IMG/VR virus record: IMGVR_UViG_3300026076_000002
DNA length: 64,000 nt
DNA from: a virus
Direction: 5' to 3' (one strand)
Shown piece after piece: positions 47,302 to 59,800 of the stretch (positions are counted from its first letter, which is position 1; the number at the start of each line of letters is the position of its first letter). Made by a program: the position numbers and the translations under genes. The notes below the pieces were generated by a model, which did not search any database, was not told the origin of the DNA, and worked only from the letters and a program-made list of their open reading frames with translations.

Positions 47302-48834
47302 ATGCCAGCGATCATAACTGATCAGATTAGAGTTTTGAATGCGTCTAATTTCGTCAGTGGAATTTCAACTGATACTAATAGCTATTACGTCTTCATTGGT
47401 TTGCCAAACGCAACCGATGTAAAAGCGGATTGGAATACTAATACCCCAACACCCGTTGATAATTTTAATAACTCATCAGATTGGTTTGAAACTCTGATTG
47501 CAGCTAAAAAGATTACTTCAACAGATGTTCTTAGAGTTATACCAAAAATAGAATGGACTAATGGTGCAATCTATGACATGTATAGGCATGACTATAGTGT
47601 TGACAATACAGATAGACCAGTCAACTTGTATAAAGCCGCACGTTATTATGTGATGAACTCTGATTACAGAGTATATGAGTGCATATATAACGGTGCTGCC
47701 CCTTCCAATTTGGGCAAGGGTATAGTATCATTAGAAGAACCTACCCACACCGACCTTCAACCAAAACTAGAAAGCGATGGATACATCTGGAAATACCTTT
47801 ATACAATTAAACCAGCTGAAATCGTTAAGTTTGACAGTGTTGAATACATTCCAGTCCCAACTAACTGGGTGGAGAATTCCTCCGTATCAGCTGTTAGAAA
47901 TGCTGCTGTAAATGGTAAGATTGAAGTAATCACCATTGATGACGTATCAAGTGCAGCATACCAGTATGCTGGTGTACTAAACAATGTACCTATAGAAGGT
48001 GATGGTTTTGATGGTATGGCATCTGTTGAGTTTACTGATGGTAAACCAACTAATGTACAAGTAACTGATGGTGGAAGAGATTATACATTTGGAACATTAA
48101 ACTTAAGTAATCTAGTATCTGGATCTGGTGCAGAATTTTCGGTAATCATACCTCCTCCAGGTGGACATGGTGCTGATATATACAGGGAACTTGGCGTTTA
48201 CCACGTACTTGTATATACAAGACTTGAAAATAGTGATGTAACAAACCCTGACTTACCTATTGGTAACCAGTTCTCACGAATTGGTATTATAAAAAATCCC
48301 GAAATTAATGGTACAACTAACCTTCTCACAGATACACTGGCATCAGGCGTTTATGGTCTACGTCTTACTGGATCTTCTGCTGGAAGTTTATCTGTACAGA
48401 CAGATGGTATCGTCACTCAAACGATAGGTATTGGTTCTACTGCTGTTGGAAAAGTAGTTTCATATGACACTACAACGAATATTTTAAAGTTCTGGCAAGA
48501 TAGATCACTTGCTACAGATAGCGTTACTGCTGGAATTCCCGCTTACGGTTACCGTCTAAATAGATTCACGAGCACCCCAGATACGGGTGGTAGCACCAAC
48601 GTTGTTATTACTACAACAACGGGTACTGAAACTCTTGCCATTGATACTAATTACAATGGTGATTCAGGACTTGTGAACTCAAAGACCTATTACTTTGGTC
48701 AAAACTTCACAAAAGGTCTTGCTGAACCTGAGATTAAACAACATTCTGGAGACATTATCTACGTAGATAATAGACCCGAAGTGACTAGAGCAGAAAATCA
48801 GCGAGAAGATATTAAAATCGTTCTAGAATTCTGA
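47302..48834 (+). CDS. gp8: Baseplate wedge subunit gp8
   Basis: AIITDQIRVLNA, YDMYRHD, YVMNSDYRVYECI, DGYIWKYLYTI and GDIIYVDNR...EDIKIVLEF. Confidence 0.92.
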   Translation: MPAIITDQIRVLNASNFVSGISTDTNSYYVFIGLPNATDVKADWNTNTPTPVDNFNNSSDWFETLIAAKKITSTDVLRVIPKIEWTNGAIYDMYRHDYSVDNTDRPVNLYKAARYYVMNSDYRVYECIYNGAAPSNLGKGIVSLEEPTHTDLQPKLESDGYIWKYLYTIKPAEIVKFDSVEYIPVPTNWVENSSVSAVRNAAVNGKIEVITIDDVSSAAYQYAGVLNNVPIEGDGFDGMASVEFTDGKPTNVQVTDGGRDYTFGTLNLSNLVSGSGAEFSVIIPPPGGHGADIYRELGVYHVLVYTRLENSDVTNPDLPIGNQFSRIGIIKNPEINGTTNLLTDTLASGVYGLRLTGSSAGSLSVQTDGIVTQTIGIGSTAVGKVVSYDTTTNILKFWQDRSLATDSVTAGIPAYGYRLNRFTSTPDTGGSTNVVITTTTGTETLAIDTNYNGDSGLVNSKTYYFGQNFTKGLAEPEIKQHSGDIIYVDNRPEVTRAENQREDIKIVLEF

Positions 48835-51800
48835 TGCCACAGAATACCAACCTAAACGTCAATCCATATTTTGACGATTTTGACAAGGATAAAAACTTTA
48901 GTCGAGTTCTCTTTAAGCCTGGTGTACCAGTTCAGGCAAGGGAACTAAGCACCCTTCAATCTATTCTACAGAATCAGGTTGAACAATTTGGTAAGCATTT
49001 TTTCAAAGAAGGTAGTGTAGTAATTCCAGGATCAGTGGCATATGATCCTAATTTCCATGCTGTCAAGATAGAGCAAACATTTTTTGGTGTACCAGTAGAA
49101 TTATATTACGAAAATATTATAGGAAAGACTATTAAGGGTAAGAGTTCAGGTATTACTGCTATTGTTAAGAAAGTATTACCTAAAGCACAGTCTGTAGAAG
49201 GAGAAACAACGATATATGTTAAGTATCTAAAGTCATCTGAGCAAGATTTTGGAACACAACAGTTCCTAGATGGTGAGAACTTACTTACTTTAGAAGATTT
49301 TACATACGGAACTACAACCATTGAAAATGGTTCTGACTTTGCAACTTGTATTGCTACTAATGCAACTGATACTGGATCAGCATTTAGTGTGACTGCTGGT
49401 GTCTTCTTTGCTAGAGGAACCTTTATTAGTGTAACTTCTGAGACTCTTTTATTAGATCAGTATTCCAATACTCCTTCGTATAGGGTTGGATTCTACGTTA
49501 AAGAAGAAGTTGTAACAGCAGTTGATGATGAATCATTGTATGATAATGCTGCTGGATATAATAACTATACAAGTCCAGGTGCTGATAGATTTAAGATATC
49601 ATTAAGTCTATACAAGAAAGACCTACAAGATTTCCAAGACGAGAACTTCATTGAACTCTTTAGAGTACGTGAAGGTCAGACTAGAAAGTTAATCAATACA
49701 ACCATTTATAATGAACTTGCTAAAGAATTAGCACGTAGGACTTATGATGAGTCTGGTGATTATTATGTTAGAAACTTTGATTTATATGCTAAAGAATCTT
49801 TAAATGATAGACACCAGAAATTTGGTGTGTATTATAAAGATGAGGTAACAGATCAAGGTAATAATCCATCATATGACTTGATGGAAATTCAAGTTGGACC
49901 TGGTAAAGCATATGTTCGTGGATTTGAGGTAGAGAATTTAGGTAACCAATTTATTGATGTACCTAAACCTAGAACTACTGGATTAATAGAACAGGCTGCT
50001 GTTCCATTCCAAGCAGGTAACATGATTCATGTTAACAACTGCTTTGGTGCTCCTCAGATAGGTCTTGCTACAGATGAGTTTATTGATTTACGTGATGAAC
50101 GGTTAGGTTCTACTAAATCAACTGCTGCTGGTAATAGTATTGGTAGAGCAAGGATATATGACTTTAAATCTAATGCTGCTGCATATGCTGACAATGCTTC
50201 AGTATTTGATCTATACCTATTTGATGTTCAGACTGATACTAAACTGACTCTTAATCAGGCAGTAACAGTTAATACCCCTGCTGTTATAGAAGGTAAGAGT
50301 TCAGGTGCTAGAGGATATCTAAGAACTGATGCTGGTGGTGTTGTTGATATCACATTACACCAAATATCTGGATCATTCATAGAGGATGAACAGATTACTA
50401 TTAATGGTGTTAATGATGGACGTACAATTAGTGATATTACAGAGTACGATGTAAGTTCTATTAAGTCTGTAAGATCAGATAATTCTGGTGATATATTTGC
50501 TGCTGATACTGAGTTAGTTGTTAAGCATAACTTTGGTGCTCAAGGATTTACTATTACTGCTGCATCTGGCAGTGAGTCTACAGTTACCAGTGGTGTTAAG
50601 GGTTGGAAGTCACATGCTAAAGTTGGAGATATAATTGCTTATCAAAGTGATGGTGGAGATGCTATTGCCTTTAATAGAGTTAAAGAAATAAGTGCAACTG
50701 GTCAAAGTCTTACTGTAGAAGCAGTTGAGTCTGTTACTAATGTATGTCTTGGTGCTCTTCCTACAAGTGCATTGACTGGTGTTAATCTACAGGTAATGGG
50801 ACCTAGGTTTGACTTATCTAAGAGTGCATACTTATATGCAGATATGCCTAGGGAGTTTATCGAGTCTATTGACTTAACATCTTCTGATATATTTGTAAGG
50901 AAGACTGAAGATGGACTTGCTACCAATTCCCAAGGTGTATTAGATCTACCTAGTTTGTCAGGTGGTGACTTTGTTTATGCAGCATTTGATGAAGAAAGAT
51001 ATGTTCTACATTATTCAGATGGTAGTATAGAACCATTAACACCTGATCAGTTTACGATGGGTGCTAATGCTAAGAGTGCTACTATTTCTGGATTGACTGC
51101 TAGTCAAACTGGTGTAGAAGCTATTGTTACTCTTCAGAAAGGTAAGGTATCTTCTAAAACTAAGACACTTAAGCGTTGTCAGTCTTTAGTAGTTAATAAG
51201 TCTAAGTATAATCATTCTGGTATTACTACAGGTATTACTGATGGTTTAGATTTCAACCCATCATACGGTTTAAGAGTTCAGGACAATGAGATTTCATTAA
51301 ATGTTCCTGATGTTATTAAGGTTCATGGTGTATTTGAATCTTCAGGACCTGGTGATGCAACAGTACCTTCATTGGTTCTTAATAGTTTAAATGGACCTAA
51401 TGCTAATGTTGATGATATATTTGTAGGTGAAATTATTGTTGGTAAGAAGTCTGGTGCTTCTGCTATTGTTGTAGCAAAGACAGGTACTTCTCAAGTATAC
51501 ATCGTTAATAAGAACAAGTATGTGTTCAAAGAGACTGAGGACATTGAGTTCTTAGAATCTGGTGTTACAGGTAATGTTGGTGAATCTAACTTAGGTGATA
51601 GAAACATCTTAAATGCATTTACCTTAGATAATGGACAAAGAACTGATTACTATGACTTCTCCAGATTGATTAGAAAGCGTGGTCAATTAGAACCATCTAA
51701 GAGACTTACAATATTCTATGATGTCTATGTTATAGACTCACTTGATAATGGTGATATTATAACCGTTAATAGTTACGGAAAAGAGAATTATGAATTTAAT

Positions 51801-54800
51801 GTACCATCCTTCCAAGGACGTAGAAACACTGACATACTTGACTTTAGGCCAAGAGTTGCTAATTACACAGGTAGTAAGTCTCCTTTTGAGTTTGAAGCAA
51901 GAGATTTCAGTTCTGGCGGTCAGATACCAAATGTTATTGTATCCGATGAGAACTGCTTATTCGATTACAACTACTATCAACCAAGGATTGATAGACTTTA
52001 TGTTAACAAGAATAAGACCTTCACAGTTAACCAAGGTGAACCATCTGATAAACCAGTTGCACCTGAGAAGATTGACACTTCATTTGAACTTGCTACCATT
52101 GTTTACAAACCTTATGTTATTGACGTAACTAAGGATGTAGTAATACAATTAAAGGCAAACAGACGCTACACCATGAAGGATATTGGTGGTCTGGAAGATC
52201 GTATTGAGAATCTAGAATACTATACATCATTATCTCTACTAGAATCTAAGACAGAATCACTACTTATTCAAGATCCTGATACAGGACTTGATAGGTTTAA
52301 GTCTGGATTTGTAGTTGATAACTTTGATACTAAGCAGTTATCTGATACTGAACCCAAGCATGATGTTGCTAGTGGTGTATTAGTTCCTCAACGTTACTTT
52401 GATACTGTTGACTTATTAGTAGGTTCTGAATCATTAATTGGTGCTACAGGTACACCAGACCTTAGTGTTGACCCTAGATATGCACAAGATTTAGGATCAC
52501 CAAATATCACTAAGGATAATAATAATGTGATGCTGTCATATAGCGAGACAGATGATAGAGTACAACCATTTGCTTCTAGAGTAGAAAATATAAACCCATA
52601 TACTGTCTTTGACTGGAAAGGTGTAATGACCTTGAATCCAGAATCTGATGTATTCATTAGGTCAGAGTCTGTATCATCTGATGGTGGATTTGGATTCAAT
52701 AATACTACTATAACCACAGAACGTAATATTACTGATATGCGTTCTCAGAATATTGCATTTACTGCTTCTAGACTGAAACCTGGCACTGAGCACTTTGCTT
52801 CATTTTCCAACGTAGATCTAAGTGGTGAACGTGCATTAGTAGTTCCTAAGTATCTTGAAGTTACACCTGTACAAGGTGCATTCCAGATTGGAGAAACTAT
52901 TATAGGTAAAGCAATAGGTACTCAAGATAGTAATAGTATTGCTGATATCAGATTTAGACTTGCACAACCAAACCATAAAGATGGTCCTTTTAATGCTCCT
53001 TCATTAACACTTGCCAAGTCTCCTTACAGTGATACTACATTAGCAGCATCTTATAGTGATACATCAACTATTCTCAACATTGATATAAACAGTCTTAACC
53101 AAAAGTCTGATGAAAGATTCTATGGTTTTGTTACTGTTGGCATGCAGTTAGTTGGTGAAACAACTGGTGCAGAAGCAACTATAAGTGCTGTACGTTTAAT
53201 TTCAGATTCTAATGGTGCTTTATTAGGTTCTATACATTTACCACCTGATAATCCATCATTTGAGAATGGTACAAATACTGCTGTATTGGTGTCAACTAAG
53301 GCGAATGATAAGATACCTGGACGTAAGACTTCTAGTGCTACTGCTAACTTTACATCAAGAGGAACTCTTGTTACAGAGACTACGATAGTAAGAACTGCAC
53401 CACCCCCACCTCCACCACCAATTATTATAATAATAGAACCGCCAGCACCCCCCGATCCCCCACCTCCACCACCGCCACCAGAGCCTGAGATAGAGGATGA
53501 TGATGACCCATTGGCACAGAGTTTCCAAGTAGAGGAACCTAATGGTATATTCATGACATCTGTTGACCTTTACTTCCAAAGTAAGGGTGCAACTGCTCCT
53601 GTGGAATTAAGGATAGTTACATTGGAAAATGGATATCCTACAAGGAAGATGATGAAGAATGCTTCTGTAACATTAGAACCTGAAGCAATTGAAGTATCAA
53701 ATGATGCGTCTGTATTAACAAACTTTAAGTTTCCTAATCCAATATACCTCCCTTCTGGTGAGTATGCATTTGTAGTCATCACAACAACTGATGAGTACAA
53801 CTTGTGGATCTCTCAAGTTGGTGAAGAGGATATTAAGACAAGAAACCTACCTGAATTACAGAAGGTTATTATTGACAAGCAACCAACTCTAGGTTCTCTA
53901 TTCAAGGCACAGAATGCTTCCACATGGACTGCATCTCAACTTGAAGACCTTAAGTATACATCACATAAAGCGAAGTTCGTTACAGAAACTGCTGCTTTCA
54001 GATTGTATAACCCAGAACTTAGAACGTTCGCTGATAGAAATAGACTTAAGGAAAATCCAATTGATATCTTCTCTAAGAGGATAACTCTAGGTTTAACCTC
54101 ATCTATAACATATGCTAACAACCCAGATATAGTTGTTGGTACACAAATCAAACAGGAGAATAGATCTTCTACTGGATTTGTTGAAAGAGTTAATGGTCCT
54201 ATGGGACTACATGATACTGGTATCAATATCACTAAGGCTGGTATTGGATACTCAGCAGGTACTTACGGTAGTGTAAACTTCATTACTAAGACAGGTTCTG
54301 GTACTGGTGCTGTTGGTATAGTAACTGTTTCTGCTGGTGGTATAACCAAGGTATGTGTTACCAATTCTGGTACAGGATACAATGTTGGTGATACACTGAC
54401 TGCTGAATTAGGAACAACTGGTGCAAATTCTGTATTAACTGTTGGAGTAGTTACTGCTACTAACCAATTAGTTCTTGCTAATTGTGAAGGAGTTGACTTC
54501 AATAGTTCAGATCAGTTACAGTATGTTGTTGAATCAAGTGGTGCTACAAATACACTAACATCTATAGTTCCAGCAACAATCAATGTTAACTCAGATGAGT
54601 TTGATGGTAAGCACTTCAGGGTATCTCATGATAACCATGGTATGCATGCTGAAAACAATAGAGTTGAAATTATAGGTGTATCTGGTGATTCTATCCCAAC
54701 TAAAATTACTGCTGGTTATGCAGTAAGTTCTACTGATGCTATTGGTATTGGTAATTCTATGGGATTCAACTGGTTTGAAGGGGCACAAGTTGAACCAAGC

Positions 54801-55901
54801 AATCCAGGATTTGCAATCATTGGAGATGAAGTTTTAGCATATACTGGTGTTACTCTTAATACTTTAACAGGTATTACTACACGTGGTATTGATGGTACTA
54901 TACCTAGAACATACAATTCTGATACTCCTATTCAGAAGTATGAGGCAGCAGGTATCTCACTAAGAAAGATTAATACCGAGCATTCATTTGCTAATGTCAC
55001 AAATAACATTGTAGACAAGATTAATCTTGATTCTTATGTTCTGAAGATTGATGGAGATAAGACATTTGATACCAACTACAAAGGTGGTGGTACTGATGTA
55101 CGTGCTTCTCAAAATATTCAGTATGATTCATTAACATCATTCTTAAATTATAGTGTACCAGATGCTACTGAGGTTTCAGGTCAGGTAAGGACAACTACTG
55201 CCACTAGCGTTAGTGGATCAGAAGGATCCTTTAATGATAATGGATATCAAGCAATTTCACTAAATGGTGAAACTGTATTCTCTAAACCACAGATGGTTGC
55301 ATCTAGAGTTAATGAACTTGCTAAGTTAGAAGACCAGCCAGGTGCTAAGTCATTTACCTTAGAGGTATCATTATCAACCACAGATGAAAACGTATCACCT
55401 GTAGTCAACGTATTTGAAAGTTACATTGCTACCAAGTCACATAGAGTTAATGCTCCTATTGCTGACTACACACTTGATAAGCGAGTTAATCTTGATGTAG
55501 ATGATCCACATGATTACAATTATGTGACCAAGACCATTACACTTGAAAACCCTGCTACATCACTGAAGGTATTGATGGGTGCATATAGACCACCTGATTC
55601 TGAAATCAGAGTTCTCTATAGGTTACAAAGAGTTGACGGATCTGAAATAGACAAGGTATTCTCACTCTTCCCTGGATATGATAACATGGATGTGAACGGT
55701 AAGATCATTAGTGCTAAGAGCAATAGTGGATTACCAGATCGCAATATTTCTCCATCACTAACTAACCAATTCACGGAGTATGAGTGGAGTGTAAATGATC
55801 TACCACAATTCAGTGGTTTCCAAGTTAAGGTAGAATGTATTTCTACTAATCAGGCAGATCCAATACAGGTCATAGACTTTAGAACGATAGCATTAGCATG
55901 A
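48834..55901 (+). CDS. Large virion structural protein (DUF4815/VrlC-like)
   Basis: PYFDDFD...VLFKPG.PVQAREL.TLQSILQ.Q, PGADR, ARRTYDESGDY, YTMKDIG.LE.RI.NLEYYTSL and DPLAQSF. Confidence 0.88.
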   Translation: MPQNTNLNVNPYFDDFDKDKNFSRVLFKPGVPVQARELSTLQSILQNQVEQFGKHFFKEGSVVIPGSVAYDPNFHAVKIEQTFFGVPVELYYENIIGKTIKGKSSGITAIVKKVLPKAQSVEGETTIYVKYLKSSEQDFGTQQFLDGENLLTLEDFTYGTTTIENGSDFATCIATNATDTGSAFSVTAGVFFARGTFISVTSETLLLDQYSNTPSYRVGFYVKEEVVTAVDDESLYDNAAGYNNYTSPGADRFKISLSLYKKDLQDFQDENFIELFRVREGQTRKLINTTIYNELAKELARRTYDESGDYYVRNFDLYAKESLNDRHQKFGVYYKDEVTDQGNNPSYDLMEIQVGPGKAYVRGFEVENLGNQFIDVPKPRTTGLIEQAAVPFQAGNMIHVNNCFGAPQIGLATDEFIDLRDERLGSTKSTAAGNSIGRARIYDFKSNAAAYADNASVFDLYLFDVQTDTKLTLNQAVTVNTPAVIEGKSSGARGYLRTDAGGVVDITLHQISGSFIEDEQITINGVNDGRTISDITEYDVSSIKSVRSDNSGDIFAADTELVVKHNFGAQGFTITAASGSESTVTSGVKGWKSHAKVGDIIAYQSDGGDAIAFNRVKEISATGQSLTVEAVESVTNVCLGALPTSALTGVNLQVMGPRFDLSKSAYLYADMPREFIESIDLTSSDIFVRKTEDGLATNSQGVLDLPSLSGGDFVYAAFDEERYVLHYSDGSIEPLTPDQFTMGANAKSATISGLTASQTGVEAIVTLQKGKVSSKTKTLKRCQSLVVNKSKYNHSGITTGITDGLDFNPSYGLRVQDNEISLNVPDVIKVHGVFESSGPGDATVPSLVLNSLNGPNANVDDIFVGEIIVGKKSGASAIVVAKTGTSQVYIVNKNKYVFKETEDIEFLESGVTGNVGESNLGDRNILNAFTLDNGQRTDYYDFSRLIRKRGQLEPSKRLTIFYDVYVIDSLDNGDIITVNSYGKENYEFNVPSFQGRRNTDILDFRPRVANYTGSKSPFEFEARDFSSGGQIPNVIVSDENCLFDYNYYQPRIDRLYVNKNKTFTVNQGEPSDKPVAPEKIDTSFELATIVYKPYVIDVTKDVVIQLKANRRYTMKDIGGLEDRIENLEYYTSLSLLESKTESLLIQDPDTGLDRFKSGFVVDNFDTKQLSDTEPKHDVASGVLVPQRYFDTVDLLVGSESLIGATGTPDLSVDPRYAQDLGSPNITKDNNNVMLSYSETDDRVQPFASRVENINPYTVFDWKGVMTLNPESDVFIRSESVSSDGGFGFNNTTITTERNITDMRSQNIAFTASRLKPGTEHFASFSNVDLSGERALVVPKYLEVTPVQGAFQIGETIIGKAIGTQDSNSIADIRFRLAQPNHKDGPFNAPSLTLAKSPYSDTTLAASYSDTSTILNIDINSLNQKSDERFYGFVTVGMQLVGETTGAEATISAVRLISDSNGALLGSIHLPPDNPSFENGTNTAVLVSTKANDKIPGRKTSSATANFTSRGTLVTETTIVRTAPPPPPPPIIIIIEPPAPPDPPPPPPPPEPEIEDDDDPLAQSFQVEEPNGIFMTSVDLYFQSKGATAPVELRIVTLENGYPTRKMMKNASVTLEPEAIEVSNDASVLTNFKFPNPIYLPSGEYAFVVITTTDEYNLWISQVGEEDIKTRNLPELQKVIIDKQPTLGSLFKAQNASTWTASQLEDLKYTSHKAKFVTETAAFRLYNPELRTFADRNRLKENPIDIFSKRITLGLTSSITYANNPDIVVGTQIKQENRSSTGFVERVNGPMGLHDTGINITKAGIGYSAGTYGSVNFITKTGSGTGAVGIVTVSAGGITKVCVTNSGTGYNVGDTLTAELGTTGANSVLTVGVVTATNQLVLANCEGVDFNSSDQLQYVVESSGATNTLTSIVPATINVNSDEFDGKHFRVSHDNHGMHAENNRVEIIGVSGDSIPTKITAGYAVSSTDAIGIGNSMGFNWFEGAQVEPSNPGFAIIGDEVLAYTGVTLNTLTGITTRGIDGTIPRTYNSDTPIQKYEAAGISLRKINTEHSFANVTNNIVDKINLDSYVLKIDGDKTFDTNYKGGGTDVRASQNIQYDSLTSFLNYSVPDATEVSGQVRTTTATSVSGSEGSFNDNGYQAISLNGETVFSKPQMVASRVNELAKLEDQPGAKSFTLEVSLSTTDENVSPVVNVFESYIATKSHRVNAPIADYTLDKRVNLDVDDPHDYNYVTKTITLENPATSLKVLMGAYRPPDSEIRVLYRLQRVDGSEIDKVFSLFPGYDNMDVNGKIISAKSNSGLPDRNISPSLTNQFTEYEWSVNDLPQFSGFQVKVECISTNQADPIQVIDFRTIALA

Positions 55902-56092
55902 AGAAACTGAAGGTTGCCGACTCAAAGTCCCTTTATAGGGACGATGAGACGGGGGCGATTATTAATAGTGACAAAGAAGGTTATGATAAGTATATGGCAC
56001 AAAAAGTATACAGAGAAGATCAGAAAGCAGAACTAGATAACCTTAGATCAGAACTAGATGAGTTGAAGAGACTGATAAATAAAATTACATAG
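55898..56092 (+). CDS. Small coiled-coil protein (LYRD..TGAIIN family)
   Basis: ATGA overlap; typical neighbour of DUF4815 genes. Confidence 0.75.
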   Translation: MKKLKVADSKSLYRDDETGAIINSDKEGYDKYMAQKVYREDQKAELDNLRSELDELKRLINKIT

Positions 56093-56103
56093 GAAATAGT
56101 TTA

Positions 56104-56442
56104 GTGTCAGTTCCAGTAATTAACATAGTACTTGAACAGGGAACAGATTTTTCAAGGGTTTATAACTTGAAAAGATCTGATGGTAACCCATTGGATTTAT
56201 CTAACTATTCATTTGAAGCAAAGATGAAAAAGTGGCCTGGTGCTGCTGGTGCTATTTCATTTGCTACAACATACAATGCTGATCCATCTTTGGGTCAGAT
56301 TACAATGTCATTAGATAATGCTTCTACTGGTATTATTACTTCTGGTAGATATAATTATGACATTGTGTTGAATAATCTTAACAATAACATCAAAACCAAA
56401 GTAATAACAGGACAAGCAACTGTAAATTCTACGGTAACTTGA
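56104..56442 (+). CDS. Virion structural protein (Ig-like adaptor)
   Basis: LEQGTDF, PLDLSNY and GRYNYDIV; GTG start after a late-promoter motif. Confidence 0.7.
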   Translation: MSVPVINIVLEQGTDFSRVYNLKRSDGNPLDLSNYSFEAKMKKWPGAAGAISFATTYNADPSLGQITMSLDNASTGIITSGRYNYDIVLNNLNNNIKTKVITGQATVNSTVT

Positions 56443-56443
56443 A

Positions 56444-56818
56444 ATGGATGACATCGTTGTCACATCGGAAAATGGTAACGGATTCAACGTTACTAACGTT
56501 ATCGTGGAAGATGATGGTGGAATTTCTGTTACTGTTGGTGCAGCAGGTGGTGGTGTTTCAGGAGTTGGTGACGTGCAAAAATTAACCGAACTACTAGATG
56601 TAGACTCAAGCAATTTGTCTACAAGCACTAACAAATTTGTCCTGACGTATGATTCAGGAGATAGTAAGTTTAAATTTATAAATCCAGATGACGTAATTGA
56701 CAGTGCTGTTGGTATATCAACTACCGATCCAACACCTTCTGGACTAAGCGATGATACAATAGATTACCTAGATGACGTGTTAGATAATAAGATCGATCTT
56801 GATGCTGGAGAATGGTAA
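56444..56818 (+). CDS. Small fibre-associated structural protein
   Basis: LTELLDVD...VLTYD fibre repeat and C-terminal IDLDAGEW. Confidence 0.65.
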   Translation: MDDIVVTSENGNGFNVTNVIVEDDGGISVTVGAAGGGVSGVGDVQKLTELLDVDSSNLSTSTNKFVLTYDSGDSKFKFINPDDVIDSAVGISTTDPTPSGLSDDTIDYLDDVLDNKIDLDAGEW

Positions 56819-56868
56819 GCGTAATTTACTAAATATAAATGAAGAAATAATACCCTACTCTTATAAGA

Positions 56869-59800
56869 ATGGCTGCTCCAGTAATTCAATTTAAGAGAGG
56901 TCTGTTTGCCAACCTACCAGGACTCCGTGCAGGTGAGCCTGGTTTTACCACGGACAAATACGATCTCTATGTCGGAATAGACTCGACATCATCAAATAAT
57001 AAATTTTTTGGATCTCATCGATATTGGACAAAGGAAGAGGCTGCTGCTGGTTCTGCTGTCAACCTTGTTGAAGGTTCTGGCAATGGATCTAACTACATCA
57101 GTTTAAAGTCTCCTGCAAGTCTAGCCGAGAATTTAACACTAACTTTTCCATCGACAATAACCACAGACGGATATCTGAAGGTTGCTGCTGATGGAACTTT
57201 AACATGGGACGACACCCTAGATGCAACCAGAGTTAACTCGGTTGGTGTAGGTACTGTCGCATTTTTACAATCAACTACAGTAAATGTCTCTTCAGCAGCT
57301 ACCATTGGTGGTACTCTGACTGCAAGCGGAGGTGTAACTGGAGACCTTACTGGAGATGTCACTGGTGACGTAACTGGAGATGTCACTGGAGACCTTACTG
57401 GTGATGTAACAGGTAATGTAACTGGAAACCTAACAGGTAATGTAACCTCAACAGGTGACAATTCCTTTGGTCAGATTACATCAAACCAGATTAATAATTC
57501 TGGTATCGTTACAACTTCAGCAGTCCATTTGGGTACTGAAGGAAATGCGTTAAGATTAACTACAAGTACTATATCAGGTCCATCTACATTAACACTTGAC
57601 CCTGCTGGTGTTGGAGATAACACAGGTACGGTTGTTATTGCTGGTGACCTTCAAGTTGATGGTACACAAACAATCGTTAACTCAACAACAGTTAACGTAA
57701 CAGATAAGAACATTCAATTATCCACAGGTGCAGCAAACGATGCTGCTGCTGATGGTGCTGGTATTACTGCTGACTCTGGAGATGGTGATAAGACCTTCCA
57801 GTTTGAAGCAACTGGCGACAACTGGGGTTCATCTGAAAACATTAACCTTGCTTCAGGTAAGGTACTTAAAGTTGCTAACACAGAAATCCTTTCAGGAACT
57901 GCTTTAGCCGCTGCTGTTGATGTCTCACTAGAGTCACTTGATATTGACGGTGCTACCGCTATCGGTGCTGACCTAGAGAACGAAGACTTATTCATCGTTG
58001 ATGATGGTGCTGGTGGTACTAACAGAAAGATTAGTGCTGAAGACATCAAGGATTACATGCTTGGTGGTGGTGCTGGTGCAAACTTTGCTGCAATAAACGT
58101 AAGTGGTATTTCAACAGTTGCATTTACAAAGGCAACAACATTAACTGTTGGTGCTGGTGCAACAGTTACTGGAGCATTGGACGTAGATGGAGGTGCTAAC
58201 ATAGCATCTGGTCTAACTGTTACTGGTGGTGCTACAGTAAACTCATTAGGAGTTACTGATTTAACATCTGGTAGAGTCGTACTAGCAGGTACATCAGGAG
58301 AATTAGAGGACAGTGGAAACCTAACATTTAGTTCTGGTACTCTTGCTGTTACTGGTGACGCAACAGTCAGCAATGACCTAACAGTTTCTGGTAACCTTGT
58401 AGTTGATGGTACAACAACCACAATTAACAGTACTACTGTAAGTGTTGATGATAAGAACATTGAACTTGGTTCAACTGCTTCTCCTACAGATGCTTCTGCC
58501 GATGGTGGTGGTATAACTCTGAAGGGTACATCAGACAAGACATTTAACTGGGTAGATTCTACTGATGCTTGGACATCTTCAGAGAAGATGGATCTTGCTA
58601 CTGGTAAGGACTACAACATTGGTGAAACATCAGTTCTTAATGCTACTACTCTTGGTTCAGGAGTTGTTAACTCTAGTTTAACTAGCGTTGGTACTCTTGG
58701 AAGTTTGACTGTATCAGGTGGAATTACTGGAGACTTAACTGGTGACGTAACTGGTGATATCACTGGTTCTCTTGCTGGTGCTACTGCTGGAACTCTTCCA
58801 CTTTCTGCTATCGACATAGATGGTGGTACTGATATCGGTGCTGACATCGTTGATGCTGATGAATTTATTGTAGATGATAGTGGTAACGGTACTAACAGAA
58901 AGGTAGACGCTTCAAGGATAAAAGATTATGTCCTAGGTGGTGGAGACGGTGCTACTTTCACAGCAATCAATGTAACTGGTATCAGTACTGTTGCTTATGT
59001 TGATGCAACACAACTTAAAGTATCTGGAATCACTACATTCAGTGGAGCAGTTAATGCTAACGGTGGTGCTACAGTCCAAGGTGGAGAACTAACTGCTTCT
59101 TCTGCAACTGTTCAAGACTTAACAGACAACCGTGTTGTTATTGCTGGTACAGGTGGTGCTCTTGAAGACAGTGGAAATCTAACCTTTGATGGTTCGACTC
59201 TTGCTGTTACTGGTGCTCAGACATTAAGTGGAGATTTAACTGCTAGTTCAGACGTAAATGTAACTGGTGGATTAGATGTAGACGGTGCTACTACCTTAGA
59301 CGGACTAACCGTTGCTGAAGCTTCAACCTTCAATGCTGCTATAACAGCAAGTGGTGGAGTTGTTGGTGACGTAACTGGAGATCTAACTGGTGACGTAACT
59401 GGAGACGTGACTGGTGATCTTACTGGTAACGTGACTGGTAATGTAACTGGAGACGTAACTGGTGATGTAACTGGAGACCTCACTGGAGACGTAACAGGTT
59501 CAATTTCTGGAGGAACAGTTGCTGGTTCAACTGGTACATTCTCTGGTAATGTTTCAGGTAATCAGTTTGCTACTGGTGCTTCTGGTTCTGCTCTGATTGT
59601 TACATCAGACAGTATCACAGGTCCTGCAACATTCTATCTTGACCCTGCTGGAGTAGGTGATAACACAGGTAGAGTTATAATTAAGGGTGATTTACAGGTT
59701 GACGGTACACAAACAATCGTTAACTCAACATCAGTTACTGTTGATGACCTCAACGTAATGCTTGCTGATGGTGCTGCTAATGATGCTGCTGCTAACGGTG

